A DNA stretch of 50,531 nt, filler included, from Streblomastix strix (taxonomy: Eukaryota), in NCBI GenBank assembly GCA_008636045.1. It is 2 parts of 2 records of this genome, joined end to end, with 100 filler letters (N's around TTAATTAATTAA, not from the genome) between each part and the next. Parts side by side here need not be neighbours in the genome. Positions count along the whole stretch, not along the records: positions 25,319 to 50,531 come from SNRW01000206.1; 1 more part is not named here. One strand, written 5' to 3'. This document shows positions 40,937-50,531 of the stretch, piece by piece. Positions within the stretch are counted from its first letter, which is position 1, and each line of letters starts with the position of its first letter. A model generated the notes under the pieces. The model saw only the letters and a program-made list of their open reading frames with translations. It was not told the DNA's origin and searched no databases. Made by a program: the position numbers and the translations under genes.

Positions 40937-41139
40937 ATATAACTGATAATATCTTGTGTTTATTCTGAAATTATACCAAATCTTTCATTAAATTCTTATT
41001 CTTTCAATTCATAGAACTATTTTTATTCATCATCTAATTCCTTATCATCAACAAGTGCTTCAAAGATCTTAAACACATCGTAATCCGACTCATTATGAGT
41101 TTTACCAAGGGATTCCGCTAATTAATACAATTCCTCCAT
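40867..41139 (-). CDS. Small acidic hypothetical protein (90 aa)
   Basis: MEELYQLAESLGKTHNESDYDVFKIFEALVDDKELDDEQKQFYELKEQEFNERFG...-TGA. Confidence 0.45.
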
Positions 41140-41198
41140 CTTTATATTTAGAATAAGAAATAATAATTATGATATATTTTTGTAATCAATATTAATCG

Positions 41199-41405
41199 TC
41201 ATCTTTTATTTAAATGCCGATCAATTCCGCCTGCAATATTACCAATCGTATCCATAATCTAACCAGCACTTGGATGTAACATGCTTATTGGTCCTGAAAG
41301 TGTACCCATCACCTTATGAAGCGTAGGTGCCACACAGCTCGCTACCTTCTTGATTCCGCCTAATATTTTTGAGCCAAAATTCTTCAATCTAGAAAAGAAT
41401 CACAT
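41199..41405 (-). CDS. 68-aa amphipathic, Gly-rich peptide (candidate membrane-lytic virion protein)
   Basis: M(TGA)FFSRLKNFGSKILGGIKKVASCVAPTLHKVMGTLSGPISMLHPSAGQIMDTIGNIAGGIDRHLNKR-TGA. Divergent from the capsid gene. Confidence 0.55.
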
Positions 41406-41494
41406 GATAGTTATAGTATGTTATCTTGTTTGTGCGTTTGTTTGAATAATAAAATGTGCACGTTGTTTTAAATTATAAACAAACCGTAAGCAAT

Positions 41495-43445
41495 ATGAGT
41501 TTCTCAGCAAGCGATTACATATAAAAGTTAGCGAAAGTATAACATTCTGATTATGTTTCAACGTATTCTGCAATGTCAGAAGCGCAAAGATAAGCATCGA
41601 TTCATCTATAAAGTTTTACATTGAGTCGACAAGAATTCTTTGATCAGCCTGTTTCTCAGATGACAAATGATGGACAAAGATATACTCGTGCTCCACTTGG
41701 CGCAATAGGTAATGCAACATGTTCAGTGGTATAATCATGTAAAGTTAACTGGCAAATAACAATTGCTGGAGAAAGATTGGCGTTATAACTTAATTTAGTT
41801 CCAGAAATAGCTACGCCTATTACTACAACTGCAAGTGCAAGAGCTAGAGTAAATTTCAATGGATTGGCTAACTCTTAAGCAGATTATACACGAACAATGG
41901 AATGTGGTGCTGAAGCTACATAATAACCATTACATACAGGTGAACATATTAAATTATGGATTGGTTATTCAAAAGCTTGTGGACCATTCTAATAAATAGC
42001 AATCTGTAAAGATAACACAAAATTATGGGAAACTTCAATTTATGCAAGAGAATAAGCAGTGATAGCTGCAAATTTATTATAAGATTTGTGTACTAACAAT
42101 TCTGTGAGCGTATCACGATTAGAAACAGTAGTTAGAGGTAGAAGACATTGCGGAATTTTCTTAGATATTCCTGAAACAGATTTTGCAGCTGGAAGCTTTA
42201 ATTTTAAGATTAATTAACCAATAACTATTGCTGGCGTGCTTGACTTAAATCAGTTAAATCCCATTTTCAATTCATTCCCAGTATTAACACGTAATTTTGC
42301 ATCGTTATATTTGTAGTTGTGAACAAGATTTCTTATAAGATCTGAAGGTTGCATGGTTAAATAAGTCTGATATAATAATGAATAATCATCTTGCTTATTA
42401 AATGATTCCATCAGAGAAACCTGATATAATTTACTTATTAAATGCAGCTGGAAGTGCGTATAATCCATTTTCGGTTAGAATTGTTAATATGTAAGGGAAA
42501 GATCCTGAAGTATAAATGCCAACAAACTCAATAAGTTAAATCAAAGATGCAAGATTTACTAAGTTAGACATTAATAATGTGTGTTTCAACATGGAAAATG
42601 AAGAGGCAATCATTGATATGATAGGAGTTCAAAAAATATTGAATTTTACAACATAAATTATACGTACATAGTCAAGTAACTTCCCATTTCGTGGATTTTC
42701 TGAAAATGGTTGTACGATGTAGAGTATTATGTCATAATCTAACATTAAAGCAATGTTTATTACATTTGCAATGAATTAATACCCAACATGAATGTTTCCT
42801 GTGTTATTTTAGAAGTTTAATTTAGTAATTGATCAACGAAATCTTATTCCATAAGAATACATATTGTTGAATCCTATGGTTACTGGTTAAATGTTCGAGT
42901 GTTTCGTTGAGTAAGATTTAGTTTCAGCACCATCAGATTTGTGTCATTCACTGAATTTCTAGAATTAAACAATAATTGATTCGAATGGAAATTATTATGG
43001 ATATTTGGGCACTGGTTATGTTGATATAGAGAATATATTCTGTAATACAACGCTATACACGGGAAGCAAAGCAGTAAAAATATATTATCCTCATAAACTT
43101 ATGCTTGCATGGAAGTTAGAAACTGACGATTCATTCATGCGCGGATATAATTCTTCTAAAATGGGAGCAAGAACTAATATTCAAGTTACATTATAAGGGA
43201 ATCTAACTACAGGAATAGTAGATAGTTCATTGATTATGGATGCTGTATAGGATAATTAAATCAATCTTGTAGAATTTTTTGCAACAAGAGCGTATCCTAC
43301 TCCAACAAATGCTTAGATTACACCGTAAATGCATTATCTCTGCGTTGCAATCATTAGATTTACATTCGATGATGCGCCTGATCCATAAGTTTTAAACTTT
43401 GAGATTATTGGCGAGATTGGTGGAACAATGGTTAGAAGTGGATGA
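41495..43445 (+). pseudogene. Probable double jelly-roll major capsid protein (about 650 aa, one frameshift)
   Basis: Largest beta-strand-rich ORF of the structural block (IKLWIGY, GVLDLNQLNPIFNSFPVLT, LYLQL, IKAMFITF, FNLVIDQRNLIP, LMLAWKL, NIQVTLQG, MHYLCVAIIRFTF). The call rests on size, composition and context, not on a diagnostic motif. Frameshift near 42324. Confidence 0.6.
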
Positions 43446-43487
43446 GACTGCGCGAAGCTCGTCGCCAAATCGAAGGCGATTCGGAAC

Positions 43488-45683
43488 ATGGAAATAATAT
43501 AATGCTAATATTTTACCAACTTTGTTGGCAAGCCGACTGGTTTATTTTTGCAAATTAGGAAATCACCAAAACATGGAAAAATACACTTCGTGCCTGCTGA
43601 CGAAGTCAGAATAACCCATAATGTTTGCGGATTTAGTAATTAATAATGATCCCATTTTACTTATTTTAAGCTAATTGCATTATAATAAAACGAATCCCGG
43701 AGGGATTAGTTAGCGATGCTAAACGTCGTTTAACTGTGTCTGAATTTCCAACAACAAGTTATTGTACATATCCATGTATAAAGATAATATTTTTCTGCCA
43801 TAATTATCAAATAAAGTGAATACAACACTCTTGCTTTAACCTATCATACATTATTAAGATAACATATTCTAACCTCATAATACAGGTGCACCAATAAGGT
43901 TTTACTTATAACATATATTTGAGAAACCTTATCCGCCAATTCCTTAAAGAGTAATTCCTTATAATTAGTTTGAGACAGTTATGATCAACATCTGAGGATA
44001 TTATTAGAAATTATCAACGAAAGTGCATAAAACAGGAGTATCACTCTCATAACTCTAGTTATCATATTAAGTTTTATAATAACAAGTTTCAGGATCAATG
44101 AATTTAACAGATGATGTATTATTTATAAAAGGTTTGCACCGTTTTCTGATAATCCTTCATATAAATCTAGAGCACCGGCTAATTACACATATAAATTTGG
44201 AGATAAGATGATGCGCTATGGATATCAAAACTTGTAGTTTTCAGATAGAATTACTCCTTAAATAGAAAATTATGAAAGAACATCAGGAATATATTATCCA
44301 TAGTACTGTTATCGGTTGACAATAGTAAATATTTATACTCAATCTTCTGAATTTAAACCAGGAAATGAAGATATAATTCTGACAGGGAATGTATTTATAC
44401 TGTTTGTGATGGATTACATAGTTATTTATTAAACATTCATTAGTAGCTTAAGAATCTCTTAAATTTAAGAATTATCGTTAATATTATAGTATTTACCGTG
44501 TAAATATCTTATTTTTCACAGACTACACTTATGTTGTTGTCATGAATGGCTCAATCGTAGTTAAATAATTGTTGGTTGTTGGCGAATATAATCGAATTAT
44601 GCCAATTAATCGATAATAACATCCATTGCTAAGCATGAAATACTTATAAAGAAATGAATCTAGACGGAGGTTTATGAAGTTAATTGCAGATGATACAATA
44701 TCAATATCTTCATTAATATTAATAGAGAATTTCCCATCTGATAACTTCTGAGTATGCTCGTTCACAGCATTGTTAGAGCATATTGCACCACGATTACTTG
44801 TATTAGTTGTTCTGAAATATTATTTTTAAGTGTCAATGAACGAATTTATTTAAGTTTATGTTACGCACATCAATAATAGCGAATACAAATATCCCTACGC
44901 ATTGGTTTCATTAATATATTTATTATTGATTATTGTGTTGAAGTTAATTCTTATCTTAAGAATCTCAGTAATAGCAGTTAATTTATAAGTTCCATCACCG
45001 TTAACTGATTATTCATAGAATTTTCGTGCAGGAGATGATGTTAAGTTATGTTCTATTTCAAGATGGTCCTGATTCAGATAATAAGTTAGATTAATAGGCA
45101 TATTGTTCAGAGAATTAACTTAGAATGAACTGCAACCACTAGGGATAGATGTTTTCCATTAAACATAGTCGGAATCGGAGTCAGAACAGATGATTTGCAA
45201 TCCTAAAGATGACATTTCAGGAATTCCAAAAATAAACTATAACGCTTTAATCATCGGTAATTGAGGTATTATATAAGTTCCAACGATGCTTCTTATCGAC
45301 TAACATCTTATGCAAGCTTAATTACATCCTTATGTTATTCCATTTTAAGTCGCTTATTATATTATCTTAAAATGAATCTTAACTCAATTTCTGGATCTGA
45401 TTTAGTGGCAACACATAATAGTGAATTTAGGAAATTAGAATAAACAAGAAATTCTTCTACTGTTATGTGCATTTAACGTTTCGATGAATCAAAACTTAAC
45501 ATTATTATTCACGAAGAATTCTTACCCCGCAATGTAAGGATTTACACAACAAGTAATATGCAAGATGAAACGAGAATTATGCTGTCAAACGTCATTGGTT
45601 ATTTGGTTGATATCGATTTGTTTATATCTAAAATAAATGTCAAAGAAAGGGAAAAAGAAACATTCAACCGCCGACTCAAGTGA
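43488..45683. other. Block of frameshifted hypothetical viral ORFs (candidate minor capsid/structural genes)
   Basis: A + frame from ATG 43488 (MEIIQCQYFTNFVGKPTG...) with shifts to about 44400, a likely - strand ORF at about 44400-45075 and a + ORF at about 45048-45683. Boundaries not resolvable by eye. Confidence 0.3.
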
Positions 45684-46646
45684 TTTCTTGTCAGAGCATT
45701 CAAGTAATCCAGAATGGAGATTACAAATGTGATCAAAAAAGGGGTAAAGATAAATAAAGAAGTAGAAATATGATCCTACAGCCGTATCGAAAATACCTGA
45801 AATTATGTTAGCTAGAGGATTAAAATTAAGGAAAGGAATGACAACTGCTGATAAACGCGTTACTGAAGATGAAATTATTAGAATTGATACTTCAATAAGA
45901 CCTGTTGATGCAACTGCTGGAGTGCTTGGATTAAAAGATCACAAAGCGCTTCGAACAGTTTATGGTCCAGGATTTCCCAGCAGTTTATTGTAAGATTTAT
46001 ACGAGACGTAACTCAGAATAAATAACGAAGGAAGATTAATATAAGAAAAATATGTGGAAATGCTGGTAGATATGAGGAAAACATTAATGCTAGAATTGAT
46101 CAACCATCCATGAATTTAGGATCACGTAGACTAGTTGTAACAGAAGAATAATAATTAAACTAGCTTTTTAACTTTGGAAGTCACAGATAGAAAGAAAAAG
46201 AAAGTTAATCTTTAAATCAACAATTTCCAATAGAATCTTAAGAAGATCTTGGTTAAAGTTCAATGTTTTAAGATTAACCACCAGAAATAACAGTTGCATA
46301 AGAGAAGTTAACTGAAAAATAACGTTAAGTAATTTAGAAAGACATTCTTAAATCAGAAAACTTAAATACTGTCTATGATATTGGTGCTTTAGACTGGTGT
46401 AGACCACCAATCAACGATATTTACAATAGAAATCCTTTTGAAACCCATAAGACAGGCTATAAATACGATGCATTAGGAAATCCATAAGCGTATATGAAGA
46501 TAGATACTCCAGTTGGAAGTAAGAAACAAACTAAAATGAAGAAAAACTACATTTCAACGTCGTAATTAGTATCTACATCAACTGCATATGAGAAATTAGC
46601 ATAAAATCTCTCGGGAAAACCCCAAAAGAAGAAAGCAAAGAATTGA
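45637..46646 (+). CDS. Hypothetical protein with basic termini (possible core/DNA-condensing protein)
   Basis: MSKKGKKKHSTADSSDFLSEHSSNPEWRLQM(TGA 45730)SKKGQRQ...MLARGLKLRKG..., frameshift near 46050, ends GKPQKKKAKN-TGA. Confidence 0.5.
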
Positions 46647-46819
46647 GTTAAATAACCAATTTACAGACAGCGTAAAACTCGTCGGCAACTGCGTTGCATT
46701 GTGAAATACAAAAATTCATAATTACTATTTTTAAAAATCTATTTTAAAATATTAACTCCAAAAACCCTATTTTTAGAGATGAAATCTTAAAAATATCATA
46801 TCATCCTTAAATTTTGGAA

Positions 46820-47136
46820 CGTGCATGGTATTTTATTATCCCGACCATCATCCCTTATCCCTTTTCACAATTTCTCCACCTCCACCTCAGCAACCTCGGT
46901 TATTACCTCATCCCATAATCCCCATTTTCATCATCACTTTTACCCTTTGCCCTCAAACCTGTTTTCCATACCTCATCACAGATTTCCCTCTTTAGCTTCT
47001 CCATTATCCCATAGTTATCACTTATTATTATTATCTTTTTAATATCATTTGTCATAAATCCCCTAATTATTAATTAATTTCATAGAAATTAATACTTGCC
47101 ATGAATAGCGCCATTTCCCCTTTCCTTCCAATGATG
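46820..47136. repeat. Pyrimidine-rich non-coding terminal region, putative right TIR ending in ATGATG (5'-CATCAT on the - strand)
   Basis: Strongly C/T-skewed tract between the last viral ORF and the Helitron. The partner TIR is not in the window. Confidence 0.4.
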
Positions 47137-50100
47137 CAAGTTGGTCCATTATGTCCTGAGAGAAATAATCCATCTTATGCATAATTGTATATAGTCGACA
47201 CCAGAGAAGCATGCACAAGAAGAAATACCAACAAAGTAAATGAATAGTGTAATAATGAACTAATGGATTTATTATGCCAATGGATTGAAGATAATAATCC
47301 AATTGCAGAGAGTTTTAAATCAATGAGAAATAAATTAGATGAAGAGAATGAAGCAGCGCAAAATGAAGGAAGAGCTATATAAGATCTTTAATTATATTTT
47401 ATGAAAAAAGGGACTGGGCTTACTGAGAAAGTGTATTCATTATCTTCAGCGGATGAAACTGCAGCTGTTTGTGCCCCTACAGATGAAGGAGAGTTTTAAG
47501 AGGCATCATACGTTTCATTTCCAAAGCATGGAGGGTTAAAATATTAAAGCGTAACAGATCCAAGAAGAGATGGCATGGTTTTCCCTGTATTATTCTCTAA
47601 AGGAGTTAGGAGTTGGAGTTGCAACGATTAAAAGAAAATCTTAGATAATTAGCAAGCTCATCAATAGCAAGAAAATGAAAACTTAAATCTCAATGGAATC
47701 GATGAAGAAAATGTAGATTTTCCAAATTAGCCCATCGATGCAAATTAGAAAAAAAAATGTTTCATAAAGCGAATATTACAGATATAGAATTGCTAGAAGA
47801 ACAAACTTCTCATCATTACATCTCTTAAATAAGCTTTTCTAATAATATTTAATATATGCAGCTTTATCTGTAGTCTCTTCCAGATTAAACTGGGTAAAGA
47901 ATCATCAATAGACTCTAAGAGCAGAAAAGTATAAAGGGCTAAGAATCTACATCAACCGATTAATGATTTAAGAAGGAGTACTATCAGGAGAAAGATTCGT
48001 ACTTCCAAGTTCATTTGAGGGGAGTGAGAGAAATCTTGCTTAACATTATTATGATTCAGTGACTTTAGTCAAAGAATTTGGACATCCTGATCTTTTTATA
48101 ATATTTATATCAAATCCACGATGGGATGAAATTATAAGTATAATTGGAGATGATTCTCCAGCTAATCATCCTGATATTGCATCTAAGATTTTCATAATTA
48201 AGTTACAAGAATTATTGGATGATATAGTTAAAAATCATATTCTTGGTAAAGTATCTTGCTACTGCTATTGAATCGAATTTCAAAAAAAAGGGTTTGCCTC
48301 ATGCTCATATATTAATTACATTTTAACAAGAAGACAAATTGAACACAACGAACAAAATTGACAACATAATTTCTGCAGAAATTCCAAGTATAGAACAAGA
48401 TTCAGAATTTCATAATGCGGTACTTAAACATATTGTACATAGAGAATGCCATGAAGGAAGTGAATGTTGGGAAAATAATGAATGCAAAAAAGGATTTCCA
48501 AAGCAATTTTGTGAATTTACTTAGTTTGCAGATAATGGATACCCGTTTTATTAAAGAAAAGACAATTAAGTCGAAGCAACAGAAGGGAAATATTAAAATA
48601 ATAGATGGGTTGTTCCATATAACAGAATATTACTTCTCAAATAAAATGCCCATATCAATGTAGATCATTGAGCCTCTCTTAAGAGTATTAAGTATGTATT
48701 CAAATACGTATTTAAGCCGTCAGATAGATCAAGGTTTAAGTTATTTCTAATTCTAACGAAGATGGAAGTTCTTAAAAAGTAAGTGTAGATGAAGTATAAA
48801 ATTACATTGATGGACTTTATATGCGCGCATGAAGCATACATGAAAATAATGGGAGTTGCGTTATAGCGTCTTTCTCATTCAGTAATAAGATTGGCAATTC
48901 ATCTTCCAAATGAATAATTTATATACTTTAAGAAGGATACGAAACTTCTGCAGCACTTAATCCAAATTCTAATAAAACTACTTTAACTGCTTTTTTTTTT
49001 TACTTTAAATGAGGAATGCAAGAAATAGTTTGGGGATGAAATTAATGAAAGTGAATATGATTCAAGAAAATACACATATGATTAAATTCCTAAGCATTTT
49101 ACTTTTGATAAGGCAACTAAACTATGGAAACCTAAACTTAGTGGGAAGAAAACTATTGGAAGGCTATATAATGTATCCCCTAAAGAATTAGAATTGTTTT
49201 GTATGAGAGATTTATTATTTCATATTAAAGGACCCATATCTTTTGAAACATTAAGAAAAATTGATTAAATATAATATGAGTCTTTTCAAGACGCAGCAGC
49301 AGCATGTGGGTTATTAGAAGATGATAAGTTATTATGTAATACTTTTCTTGAAGCTTGCACATTTAAAATGCCTTCGGCCTTAAGATATCTTCTAATTGTC
49401 ATTATCAAAGAATGTTCACCAAAAAATCCGGATCAATTATGGACCGAGTTTTCCTTGCAGTTGTCTGAAGGCTTCCTTAATAAAAGACAGTAAATCAATA
49501 ATACTTCAGGATAAATGCCATCTGTTCATGAAATTGAATTTGCAAAAGAGGATGCTTTTCAGGATCTGGAAAATATATTATAAAATCTTGCCATTAACCT
49601 CTGTCATTTATTAAATTGGAATGAAGTATAAAATTATTAAACTATTGACTTATTATAGTAAGATAATGTGCTAGAATCCATGAATCAATTACTGGATCAA
49701 TTAAATGATGATTAGAAAGAAATTGCATAATTGATTATTGGAATATTAAATAATTCAAATCTTTAACATTCATGACTAATTTTCGTTGATGGTCCAGCTG
49801 GAACTGGAAAGACTTTTCTTTATAATGTCATTAACAAGATAGTTAATCTAATAGGCAAAAAAATTCTCAATTGTGCATGGACAGGAATTGCTGCCTGTTT
49901 ATTACCATAAGGATAAAGCTCACATAGCCTTTTCAAACTTCCAGTACCATTAACTTCCTCCAAAAAATTCTTCTAAAATTTCATAAGCAAAAAATGGACT
50001 ATTGTGGAATTAGTTATAATTAGTTGATGTAATAATATGGGATGAAGCTCCAATGGCAAATAAGTGGGCTATTGAATCTGTTGATAAGAAATTGAAAGAA

Positions 50101-50531
50101 ATTAGAAAAAATGATAAAGATTTTGGAGGAGTTCTGATGATTTTTGGAGGAGATTTCAGATAAGTTCTCCCAATAGTCAAGTTTGGAGGGCGTAATGAGT
50201 AATTAAATGCATCAATTCAGAAATCAAACTTATGGAGAAAATTTGATTGCCTAAAGTTGAAGAAAAACATGAGAACTGGAGAAGGATCAGAAGAGTTTTC
50301 TTCCTTTCTTATGTAAATTGGAAATGAGACGATGCAATAAGATAAAAACGAAATGATTGATATTCCAAACATTTGCATGAGTTAAGAGAACTTAATTAAG
50401 GATGTTTTTGGAGATGAGATATTGAATACTAACTAATAAGCAAATGATGTCATACTTTGTACAACAAACAGTGATTCAGATGACATTAACGATTGCGTAC
50501 TTAGACTGCTTAAGTGTGAGCTAATTCAATT
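47137..50531 (+). mobile_element. Helitron RepHel (HUH Rep + PIF1 helicase); 5' truncated, frameshifted, runs off the window
   Basis: QVGPL..PSYAQLYIVDT, LPSSFEGSER, FGHPDLFIIFISNPRWDEI, IEFQK(R)GLPHAHILI, NRWVVPYN, SIKYVFKYVFK, FVDGPAGTGKTFLY, AWTGIAACLL, IIWDEAPM, FGGVLMIFGGDFRQVLPIV, LKKNMR. Confidence 0.93.

Larger units (their letters stand above)
25319..47136. mobile_element. Polinton/Maverick-like endogenous DNA virus; left end lost in the gap; partly decayed
   Basis: Densely packed intron-less ORFs including pPolB, rve integrase, A32-like ATPase, Prim-Pol/SF3 helicase, fibre-like genes and a probable capsid gene. The right boundary is inferred from the abrupt start of Helitron coding sequence at 47137. 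Confidence 0.9.

Noticed and set aside
44400..45500. Long open frames on both strands as genuine overlapping genes
   Set aside because: With TGA as the only stop, antisense open frames are expected. The coding strand cannot be settled by eye.
2457..49614. Supplied short ORFs as independent small genes
   Set aside because: They were computed with TAA/TAG as stops. Most are fragments, wrong-frame or antisense shadows of longer TAR=Gln genes, or intronic low complexity (e.g. 3616-3846, 46821-47042).
48260..49780. In-frame TGAs in the Helitron as recoding evidence
   Set aside because: They fall at apparent Arg/Cys positions amid many frameshifts, and the conserved Trp codons are TGG. Ordinary decay.

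Overview
Very AT-rich, intron-rich eukaryotic (protist) DNA read with TAA/TAG = Gln, so the supplied standard-code ORF track is largely misleading. The gene style suggests an oxymonad such as Streblomastix, but that is inference. An artificial N44-TTAATTAATTAA-N44 linker at 25219-25318 splits the window into two parts that need not be contiguous. Left part: spliced host genes (SPRY-like, long coiled-coil, small membrane protein, Snf7/ESCRT-III, C2/CC2D1-like, YIF1, a second coiled-coil gene) plus a gene-poor stretch of hAT-type and Tc1/mariner-type relics. Right part: a >21.8 kb, intron-less, partly decayed Polinton/Maverick-like endogenous virus. It carries a Prim-Pol/SF3 helicase, a protein-primed PolB with an embedded HNH-like domain, an rve integrase, an A32-like ATPase, two phage-tail-fibre-like genes, an amphipathic peptide and a probable major capsid protein. 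It ends in a CATCAT-type terminus abutting a 5'-truncated Helitron RepHel. Most notable signal: in-frame TGA codons recur at apparent Trp positions (one host gene, several viral ORFs) while TGA also ends genes, hinting at a code with no dedicated stop codon. All translations were done by eye.
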